Shown here piece after piece: positions 1 to 9,497 of a stretch of 64,000 bases of DNA. A program made the position numbers and the translations under genes. This stretch comes from Paecilomyces variotii. Taxonomy: Eukaryota. Within the stretch, counting starts at the first letter, position 1. Each line of letters starts with the position of its first letter. Below the pieces are notes generated by a model that was not told the DNA's origin, ran no database searches, and worked only from the letters and a program-made list of their open reading frames with translations. Where the stretch lies: NCBI GenBank assembly GCA_004022145.1, contig RCNU01000006.1; one strand, 5' to 3'.

Positions 1-470
1 AAATTGGCTTATAGCTCTTCCTAAGAGACTACGTGGATGATCAACTCAATTAAAGCAAGGTTTCAAGAGATCTAATCGAGAAGCAAAGAGCTACTTGAAC
101 AGTCACTATCAAATCTGTTTTCTAAAGTTATCTATAATCTAGGTTTCTAACGACACTTTTCGAACAATAGCTAAGCTAAAAAAGCCTTACTCGATGGAGC
201 TGAATTTATAACAAGACGCATTAGTCTTTCGAAATTAATAATAAGATATTATAGCTCTTGTTCAGCACAGACTTAGTAGGGTCACTAGAAGTATAACGTA
301 GAGATCTTAATATTAACTAGAGAGAAAGTAAACCTAGCATGATGCTAGAGTTCATAGAGCAAAATATCCGACACCGCCACTGATAATTAGACTGCTAGTA
401 GACTATGTAGCAAATATCACCTGCAAACATTTTGATCGAACTTACTCCCGAAGGGCTAAAGAATTCCTGG
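1..470 (+). pseudogene. AT/TpA-rich degraded coding relic, possibly ankyrin-repeat
   Basis: Many in-frame TAA/TAG and TpA excess. 380-418 reads LIIRLLVDYVANI, resembling the ankyrin consensus 'V+LLL..GA++N'. Only this short motif supports the family call. Confidence 0.3.
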
Positions 471-930
471 TTTTTTGGAATCGAAAACCTCCTTCTCCAC
501 CATGTAAACTTCATCAATCAAAGGCCGTGGTAGCTTGTTTGTTGGTCGTGTGGTCTTCTCCGTCGTAGGACCGACCATACAGAATATACACTTTTATAAA
601 AGGCAAAGTGTGGACTTTGACCAAGCAAGGGTACGTATGCTGACATGCCTTACGGGCCAAATAGAGCAAGTAAAGCGGGATAATCCATTGCTGACCATAG
701 TTCGGAAGATGACATGGACACCTAGCATCCTATTAAGCAGCATATAATTCACAATATGTCTTCTCCAGAGTTCCTAGGGTTTTATGATTCAGATTGCCGT
801 TATCGGCCTCGTCGAGGTGTGCCTCGGTGTCGCCTTAGATCAGAAGCCTAGAACTACTTGCTGGACCTAAACACTCGGTGCCGAGAGTTAAACTCAACTC
901 AATGCCAACACTAATTGATTTAAAAGCTGT

Positions 931-1304
931 TCTACAGAGCTCAATTCCCTTACTATCGTACTGCTACGTATTTATAAAGGAGGGCTTAATTCCACGTGCC
1001 TTTATCCGTCCCCCTAATACAACTAGTGCTCGTACCTGCAGGCTCCCCTGCCAATTGAAATAAATATAGCGAATAACATAATGCCACCTAATCAGGTTCG
1101 GCTGCATGGTAGCGTTGTTAGTCTGATATATATGTGGGGATAAACTAACCTATCGCAGCTGTTATTGAATCAATATGGATGTAGATTTTGACTAGATGGG
1201 TTAAAGGCCCTAGATGAAGATCTTTGGCTATCTCAGGTCACAGCTTATGCGAACCCATTACATCTTCTTGGAAAGATCATTTACGAAGGATCTGGTGCTG
1301 TAGG
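931..1304 (+). repeat. Direct repeat copy A: degenerate duplicate of the catalase 3' end and downstream flank
   Basis: Aligns by eye with 5962-6416 (shared TCTACAGAGC.., CTGCAGGCTCCCCTGCCAATT, AATATGGATGTAGATTT, CCCATTACATCTTCTTG, GAAGGATC.GGTGCTGTAGG) with several indels. Confidence 0.9.
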
Positions 1305-1657
1305 AGGCACCACAGATAATACTACAGGAGGTCGTCGTGGAAATGAATCGAGTAGAGAGCCAAATTATCAGGACATTGATTCGCTGATTTGCTGTTTCCA
1401 AGTCCTATGATAGAGGAGTTATCGGCACTAGAATGAGGGGTATATAGTGAGCGCGCAACATATCTGCACTGTAGGCTCTTGGGTGTTGATAGAATGCTTG
1501 ATTCTCTAGGATCGAGCTTGAAGCTCCAAGCCATCCAAACTATCTTTCAAAGCATCTCACTATGCTCTACAGGGGTATGAAGTAGTTCTCAAATGGGGTC
1601 CTCAACATCATACCTATCAAATCCTCCCAAGGTAAGATTCGAGGCATCATGTTCTTC

Positions 1658-2949
1658 TCACTCCGCAGGCATGTCTCTTTCAAGTCCCTCCAAAACATGA
1701 CCCACAAGGACCTTCACTGCCTCGTCCGCTTTCTGTTCAAGTTCGTCGGGAACTTTGTGAACCGTGATACCTGGAGGGGCTATGACAGGAATCTCGTCCG
1801 GGGTACTACTAGTCTTTAAAATGCATTCCATTAGTACACATATGATGAGCCCATATTGACGAACATACCGGGAGGCTACTGGCATAACGTTGGAATACGC
1901 CGAGATAAGAGTCTTTGTGAGGCTCCGCACCGACCTTGTCGACCGCATCTTGGATTAATTCTTCGAACTGTCCAAGTTCATCAGTTCCATCCATGGAATT
2001 CTGTAAGTTGAGACATACCTCATTGATATCCGCGTTTTCAAGAGCATTCTTAGTCGCATTCTTTGCAAGATCATTCAATTTGCAGAGCTTGATGAGTTCC
2101 TCCTTCTCTTGATCGGTCAGCTCGACACCATCTTGGTGAAGAAGCTCACCGGCAGAGGTGTAGAAGTCGTCGAGCACTTCTCCGAATTCGTGGCTGGGGA
2201 GAAATTGGAAGTCCTTCGTATTTTGTGCCTCGAAGCTATCCGCTGCTTTCTTTTCACCAGATCAACTTAGCTGACTATTAATATACGGAGATACAAAGCA
2301 AGATTCCACCTACGTCTGGGGTACCAAATGCCCTCTTCAGCTTCAGAAGCACGAGACTTCCGCGTAGGGAGCTAAATTTCCATCTTTTCTCTAGGCCGTG
2401 ATACCCGTAATGTGCGCTTTCATATACCGTCTTGGCAAATACGTAACAGTTCCTGGTCCGCAAGTCGTAGCCACGTAGCCTATCAGTGACTTCTTTCAGC
2501 AAATTGGCTAAGCTGACGACATTTAGATTGTCGTCGTCAAAGGTCAGCGACAACAGAGGGAGAGGAAGGAGAGGAAGAATGCGACCAGACGATGACGAAG
2601 ACGAAGAAGAACTTCCGAACGAGCTTCCAGCCGAGGTTCCCGAAAGATGGCTCGAAGAAGATGGACTCAAGGGGCTAGTGCCGTATGACCATCGACCGAT
2701 AATGACCTGGTCCTGCTTTTGCTGACGCTCCGCCAGCACACGAGTGCGGCCCTCTGAACTGGAACCAGTATCTTCCAAGATGATTTGCAGATACTCATGA
2801 GCCAGTGCGGAGTTCAGGTTCTTAACGTGTGTGATTCGTCGGACGAAGCAGCGAGCATACTTGGATGCATTTTGGCTCAAATCGGAGTACCACTCGCCTG
2901 TGGTTATGACTTTCTGTTCGGAGGTGAAGACTAGTGGCTGGAAACCCAT
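1658..2949 (-). CDS. Uncharacterised ~390 aa protein with putative permuted papain-like (PPPDE/LRAT-type) N-terminal domain and acidic helical C-terminus
   Basis: Three exons 2949-2314, 2249-1869 and 1813-1658, joined in frame by GT..AG introns with branch points. Motifs AHEYL and GYDLRTRNCYVFA; Ser-rich insert. Confidence 0.7.
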
Positions 2950-3566
2950 ATTGATGAGAAATGAACAGTATCAATATACAATCTTGATATCTGTTGGTTT
3001 GCTCAAGGGAGAGAAGGAAAGAGAGAAATGAAGGGAGATGAAGCTACTATATATGCATTAAGTATACAGGATTACAAGGAATGTTGATTTTACTTGTAAA
3101 GAGATGATGATTCTATTACATTCCAAAATATAATGGAATCATAACTCACTATCCTAGTCAGCTGTGGTAAGATTATAGATTAATTGTCTGCATAGTACTT
3201 ATGCAAGGCTAGTAAAGTGGTGTGTAGATGAGGGGCAGTTATGTGGTATGGCAATACAGATAACCATTTCATACAAACCAGATAAATCAGAATCATTGAA
3301 TAGGATTAGAACGAAAGGATAACAGGACACATGTATATATATGAGACTTACTCGATAGATTGATGTATAAGTATACATATTTTACCGGAAGCAAGAGAAA
3401 TCTTTTCTCATAGATCAAGGCCATCCGTATATCTCTATCCATATATCTCTGAAAAAAAAAAAGGGGGAGGGGGGCTACGTATCCTGCAGCATAGCAAGAA
3501 ATCAATACTTCGGAGATGAATTCCCTTTCGAGTTTCCCTTGTTACTATCATGGATAATGAACAACC

Positions 3567-4032
3567 TGTAGATTCCACGTAAGCAACGAAGCAACACAGC
3601 CTGCGCGTTGCTCGGGTATCACTGCATACTGATATAGATAGTATGGATGGTGAAGAACCTATTCTTTCGGCACTGGCGATCCGATACTTAGTAGGCGATC
3701 TCCCTCACCTTCCGCTTTGGGCTAGTTTTGCGTATAGAGAACCTCTTGAGCTCAATTCCCCCACAATCAAGCATCTTCCACAGGCTCCAAGAGATAATAA
3801 ACTGCCTTTCGGAGCTCCTAGGCTCCTAGTAGCAGATCTCTGCTTATTTGGCCAGCTAGTTGAGTCATCTAGTAGATAACTAGTTATAACTAGCCTCTCC
3901 GGTCACGTAGCTAGAATCAGGAATTCAAGCTTCTTATTAGCAAGCCCAAGACAGCTTGTAGATCCCATGTAAGCAACCAAGCAACATAGCCTGCGCGTTG
4001 CTAAGGCTTTGTTGTTCAGGTATCACTGCATA
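3567..4032 (+). repeat. Two copies (3567-3628, 3957-4032) of a ~60-75 bp motif in the divergent intergenic region
   Basis: TGTAGAT(T/C)CCA(C/T)GTAAGCAAC(G/C)AAGCAACA(C/T)AGCCTGCGCGTTGCT...GGTATCACTGCATA occurs twice and contains the inverted pair AGCAAC..GTTGCT. Confidence 0.9.
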
Positions 4033-4304
4033 ACAATAGAGAGATTGCCCTGATTTCTATACCAAATATGGTCAACCAGAAGTGATGAACAAAAGAAGCG
4101 AAAACAAAAAGAAAAAAGAAAGAAAAGAGAACAGAGAACAGAGAGAAAACGGCTGGTGACTGTTGCAAAGCCGGGCAGCTCGACTTCGGAGCTGGCGCGT
4201 TCTCCGAATCTAGCTGATTTTTAGCATTGTACTCAAGGTATTTAATGCGTTCATTGGGCTTCATTTGGGGACTTTCACGTTCAAGCAGCTGTCGAGAATC
4301 CACC

Positions 4305-5888
4305 ATGGCTTCAGAAGTCGCAACGGCGGCGTGTATGCCGATGCCTTCTACTCATTCACTCGAGATGCCTTCCAGTAATCTAAGACTGAGCAACTCGGGC
4401 TCAGGGGAACTGTCGTTGGCTGTCAATATGGAATGGTTCTGGGATGTTGGCATGTTGCACGTTCGCTTTCTCAATCACGACGACCGCTGCCAGCAGATGG
4501 TGAAAGACGCGGCGAAGATCTGGGAGAAGTACGCGAACATTCGGTTCGTCTTTGACGACTCCTCGGAGGCAGATATTCGCATCCTGTTTGACACGAAATT
4601 GAAGGGTGGCAGCTCGCTGGTTGGAAAGCACAAACAGAAGGAAACGCCGTTAGACAGACCGACTATGATTCTGGGTTCCGGGCTTAGCGACCGGGAGTTC
4701 AAGAGAACGGCCCTTCATGAACTGGGTCATGCATTGGGTTGCGTCCATGAACACTGCAGTCCAGTAGCGAGCATTGACTGGGACGAAGAAAAGGTCGTCT
4801 CTTGGTACGAGGAGAATAGTGGATGTTCCCAGGACAGGGAGTCGCTTCAGAAATGGATTCGGGCCAATATCACCCGACAATACAACTCCAGCTCTTCTTT
4901 CCAAACCACTGAGTTCGACGAAAGGTCGATCATGGTCTACCAGATCCTTCCCGGCTGGGCGAAGAAGGGCTATTGCGTCGACTGGCCAGACAGTCTTTCC
5001 GAGGCAGACAAGATGCTGATCCGGAGGATCTACCGTTCTATCTTGCCGACAACCGAAAGTGGCCAGTATAGCACCCAAGACAGTAGGCTATGGTACCAGC
5101 CGAAGGGGCAAAATGTCATGGAAATCCAGCTCAACAGTACACGCGAAAATGAACCAAATTTCACCGTAGGGATCACACATTTCGATCTGGAGCGTGAAAA
5201 GAACATGCATCTCCAGGCCTATGCGGACGACTTCCAACGGGACAGCTTCAAACTCCATCTGGATTCGATATCCGGCACCACCCAGTACTCAGCCGCCGCC
5301 ACTTGCCTCGTGAGCGAACGCCATGATTTCACGTTCCAATCTGGCACATACGCGACCAGGCAGAAAGATAAAACGTATCCCGATGGCAAGGAGTATACAG
5401 CCCCCATCAACTTCGAAAGAGCCTTTCGGACGACACCAGGCCTGGTTGTATGGCTCAAGGCCTTCCAGTTCGACAAGGGAGGGCGTCTCAACGTTCATGC
5501 GTATGCAGGGAATTCGGACAGGAACGGATTCGATCTGCATATTGATAGTTGGGATGATGCCCGCCTCGTGAGCGCCGAGGCGTCGTGGATTGCCTATGAA
5601 ACCGACCCACCCGGCATCCACTCCGGAGTCCTTACGTTCCAAAATTTCAGAGAGAACGAACAGCAGTATGGGGATACAAAGCGTCATCAAATCAAAGAGA
5701 AAAAACTGGGCGAGTGGCAGCTCAGAACGGTGTATGCTGCTATTTCCAAATTCGATTTTGAACCAGATAAGATACGGCTGTCCCTCAAAGTCAATCCAAG
5801 GGTCTCTGCTTTTGAAATCGACGCAATGACTTGGGCGGACAGCAAATGTCATGGAGCAGAGGTGTCCTACCTGGCGGTTTGTGCTTGA
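4305..5888 (+). CDS. Metzincin (astacin/M12A-like) zinc metalloprotease fused to three H-type-lectin-like repeats
   Basis: Intronless ORF, ATG at 4305 in CACCATGG context. HELGHALGCVHEH zinc motif and SIMVY Met-turn. Three C-terminal beta repeats (P...V.+..FD....+.+..........F.+...W.D....A..S++A). No signal peptide seen. Confidence 0.85.
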   Translation: MASEVATAACMPMPSTHSLEMPSSNLRLSNSGSGELSLAVNMEWFWDVGMLHVRFLNHDDRCQQMVKDAAKIWEKYANIRFVFDDSSEADIRILFDTKLKGGSSLVGKHKQKETPLDRPTMILGSGLSDREFKRTALHELGHALGCVHEHCSPVASIDWDEEKVVSWYEENSGCSQDRESLQKWIRANITRQYNSSSSFQTTEFDERSIMVYQILPGWAKKGYCVDWPDSLSEADKMLIRRIYRSILPTTESGQYSTQDSRLWYQPKGQNVMEIQLNSTRENEPNFTVGITHFDLEREKNMHLQAYADDFQRDSFKLHLDSISGTTQYSAAATCLVSERHDFTFQSGTYATRQKDKTYPDGKEYTAPINFERAFRTTPGLVVWLKAFQFDKGGRLNVHAYAGNSDRNGFDLHIDSWDDARLVSAEASWIAYETDPPGIHSGVLTFQNFRENEQQYGDTKRHQIKEKKLGEWQLRTVYAAISKFDFEPDKIRLSLKVNPRVSAFEIDAMTWADSKCHGAEVSYLAVCA

Positions 5889-5961
5889 TTTGCGTGGGGT
5901 TGGCCAGCATCGCTCTGTTGACGGAGGGGTGAGGTCGGCGAGATGCGATAGCGAGGCGGGG

Positions 5962-6416
5962 TCTACAGAGCTTAATTCCCTTACTATTGTACTGCTGCGT
6001 ATTTATAAAAGCATGCTTAATTCTATTAACTGCCTAACTTATGGGGTTTAAATACATTCTGGTCCCCTTTTATATGCCTTCATCCGTTCCCCCCAATACT
6101 ACCAGTGCTCATATCTGCAGGCTCCCCTGCCAATTAAAAACAATACAGCGAATAATATTATGCCATCTAATCAAGTTCTGCTGTATGGAGGTGTTGTTAG
6201 TCTGATATATCTGTAGGGATAATCTGACCTGTCGCAGCTGTGACTGATAATATGGATGTAGATTTCGACTAGATAGGTCGAAGGCCCTAGAGATTGTAAA
6301 ATATCGAACAGGATCATGAAGATCTTTGAATATCTTAGGGTCCGGTATATGCAAACCCATTACATCTTCTTGAAAAGATCCTCTACCACACCGGTTGAAG
6401 GATCCGGTGCTGTAGG
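5962..6416 (+). repeat. Direct repeat copy B: last ~19 codons of the catalase plus its downstream flank
   Basis: Homologous to 931-1304 and overlaps the catalase stop codon at 6362-6360. Confidence 0.9.
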
Positions 6417-8672
6417 TGGAACGTAACTGACTTCGTGAGGTTGCTCTGCTCCTGCTTCGACACCCACGGTGGTCTGGGCCAGTGTCTTATTAGCGAGAAT
6501 TCTCTTCGTCAAAGCCTTTCTGATCTCATCAGCGAGATCGCTATTAATCAGCTTGAAGATCTCTGTCCCACAGGCGTCAGCAGCAGTAATATGGGCTCCG
6601 TCGGATTTGCACTAGGGTGTTTACTCACCTAGCGATCTCTGTTGTGTCGGTATTATACGGGCCGTAGAGAGAGAAGCCACAACATTCGTCACGAAGTTTT
6701 TCCGCAATTTTGGAGTCATGCTCATGTAGTGATCATTGCATTGTGTGTAGTCCGTGGTGTCCATAGCACTCTTAAAGCGTTCAAGGTTGCCAGACCAGTT
6801 GAGGAAACTTATATTATGGTTGTCCGGGGCGACCTTGTTATCATCGCTTCGAATGTAATTGCGCGCGTTGGCGTAGTTGGTCATGTTGTACGCTCCATCT
6901 CGCCTTGTGGGGCTGTAGACATATGAGCATGGCCGGTTTGTGGGCAGCTGGTCGTTGTTGACGCCGAGACGGTATCGTTGTGTATCTCCGTAGGCGAACA
7001 GGCGAATCTGAAGTACTAACCTGGAAGTTAGCGCCGTCGTATGAATCAACAGGTTCTGACGTACGAGGATCAGGAGAGATATCCCAGCCAGGCACGATAT
7101 TTGCCGGATTGAAGGCGGCCTGTTCTACTTGTGTGAAGAAATTCTGAGGACATTCAGTCAAGGTTATCTTGCCGAATTCTTTCCATGGAAACACATTCTC
7201 TGGGAGGATCTTGGTGGCATCAAAGATGTTCACAGGGCTCATGCTGGGGTCTTTGACTATTTGTGCCATGACCTTCCAGGCTGGGTACTTGTTGTTCACT
7301 GGATCCGATCGCGCTTTCGTAATTTCGGCATATAAAACACGAGCCAGCCAGTCTGGGTCCTTACCAGCCATGGTGGTCGCAGCGCCCAGGTCGAAATAGT
7401 CATTGTCAGGATCGATGGCAGGGTCAGGAACTAGTTTGATCCTGACCAGGGTGTGCTCCCAACTGTGGTCTTGTTTCTAAATTATTTCGCGCATTGTCAG
7501 TATCAAGGAGCGAGCCATGTCACAGAAGATCAAGTTGCAGCAACCTTTTTGGTAAATGTATAACAATGTACACTAGATGCCTGCATTCGAGAGTACGACT
7601 TTGGAGTACCCTCATCACTGAAAATTCTCATCAATGCGTTATACCCCTCTGGGTGGTTGTTGAAGTAGCTTCCCAACATTAGCAAAATATCAATATACAC
7701 TCGAAGAGATTCCCTTACTCCCAAAACTAGGTGCTTGTTAGTCAACCCAAATATGTAAAAGACTGCAGATAGAAGGCCTTACCATGTTGGAGTCCGGCAG
7801 GTTGCTGGCGGGATCACGCTTCGTCGCGTGGACAAGAGAAGGGAACTTGGCAGGGTCCCTGATCAAGAAGATTTCCTTGAATTGCATGTTAGCTAGAAGG
7901 CAAACCCTTTGGCATCCGACGGGACTTACAGGGTTGAGAAACAGCCAGTCAAGGTTCCCTTCCTCAGTGTAAAACTTAAAGGCCGCGCCCTTGGTATCTC
8001 GCACAGTGTCCGGGTAGCCTCTCTCCCCAGCAACAGTCGAAAATCGCGCAAAAAGCCGTGTCTTTTTGCCAGTAGCATTAAGGAACTTAGCATCAGTGTA
8101 ATCGCTTACCGTGAAGTCCTTGTTCGTAACTTCGAACACGCCGAAGGCGCCTACTCCCTTTGCATGCACGTATCTGTTGCAACACAGTTTCTGTGTCAGA
8201 TACTTGTCTTGTCCATTGAGGGACTGCTAGAGCGATAGTAGCGTCTCACCTTTCCGGAATCCGCTCACGGGTAACATGAGAGATGGTATCAATAACATTG
8301 AGATCTTGGATCAGCTGGGAGGCCATTCGATGTTTGCCGTCCAGCTTGTCGACTCTTTCCGTCAACAATGGATCCTCCAACGGACAACCTAAAATGGTCA
8401 AACAATCAATCAAATGCTACTGAGGTAGCTGACGACAAGTTAGACACTTACCATTTGACATGGTAAAAAAGCCCTTTGAGATGGGCGCATCAGGAATCTT
8501 CCCAGCATCAGGACAGAAATCTATGAAAGTCTATAAGCCATTGACTACCACCTTGGGGCTGGGTGATCGTTACCCTGGGCCGAGGTGGGATTGGGCCTTG
8601 CTAGTGACTCCTTGAGGTAGAGTTAGTAATGAATGATATTTGTCTGTAGGATATTCATACTTTATGCTCCAT
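6360..8672 (-). CDS. Small-subunit monofunctional heme catalase-like protein (~575 aa, 11 exons)
   Basis: Exons 8672-8661, 8610-8574, 8520-8452, 8388-8250, 8173-7930, 7875-7783, 7726-7719, 7668-7545, 7476-7065, 7015-6629 and 6562-6360 give an open 1728-nt frame. Motifs FTMSNGCP, RERIPERYVHAKG (distal His), RFSTVAGERG, VEQAAFNP and RLFAYGDTQRYRLG (proximal Tyr). Confidence 0.9.
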
Positions 8673-9497
8673 TGGGACGATGAGATCAGTGATCGCAGTA
8701 GGTTTAAAGAAAGAAGTAGGTTATGATGAGGTACGATTGCTTCTCAAGCATCTCTAGGGTCTATTTATGAGTTGACAGGACGTAGCATCACGAACCTCTC
8801 ACATCATTTCGAAATAGGGTCAGTGTGGTATTGGATCATGGAATGTTAAGGCTGGTTGAATGCAGAACGAGCATGTTACACAAATGACTCCTTGACTTAG
8901 AAATTCTCCGCCAGGAAAACGAAGAATGCACATCTGCAGCAATTCCAAATTATGTTCATCCCATTTCTAATCAGAGCATTCATGCCGTTTGCAAACCGAT
9001 GACCTCAATTATCACTCATGAATCATATGTCCTGATTCATCTTGACCTCAAGACTACCATCCTGACGTCTCTGCAAGGTTACAGTTCCATGCTTGGGCAT
9101 GGTCAATCTGCGGAAACGCTGGCGACATTCAGGGAATTTGTTAATTTGCTTCCTATCACGCTGTCAGTTGAAGGATTTTCTACAGCTCAGACGAATTGCA
9201 CGAAGCAGAGGGGAGGTCTCTTCCATGGTCCAACAACACGCAGCGACACGACAGCTTCCTGATCGACAACAGTGTAGGCATTGGAGAATTGTGCAATCAT
9301 GATCAGTTCTCAAGCCTTACAGTCTGTTTTCAGACGAGGTATCACTCCATACATGCACCTTAGCAATCTTGTGAACGACAGCAGACGCCCATTGTTGTGG
9401 AACGAAGGCTATATCTGCTCCAAGGGATCACTAAGATAATGCATTCGTTACAGGCATATCTTATCGTTTCGAGCACCGTCCACATTGACAAGTCACC
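8673..9497. promoter_or_regulatory. Putative bidirectional promoter shared by catalase and glucose oxidase
   Basis: 825 bp between divergent start codons (8672 on minus, 9498 on plus). Inferred from geometry only. Confidence 0.6.

Noticed and set aside
500-770. Possible small spliced gene relic (GTACGT..CTGACCATAG intron-like segment)
   Set aside because: The start codon is followed by a stop and there is no recognisable product; too weak to call.
6360-6371. Peroxisomal targeting signal on the catalase
   Set aside because: C-terminal KKM does not match the canonical (S/A/C)(K/R/H)(L/M) PTS1.
931-6416. Interpretation as an LTR retrotransposon
   Set aside because: No gag/pol, TG..CA ends, primer-binding site or polypurine tract, and the repeat encodes the catalase C-terminus.
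6360-8672. Catalase as a fragmented pseudogene
   Set aside because: Every frame break coincides with a plausible GT..AG intron and the spliced frame is open.
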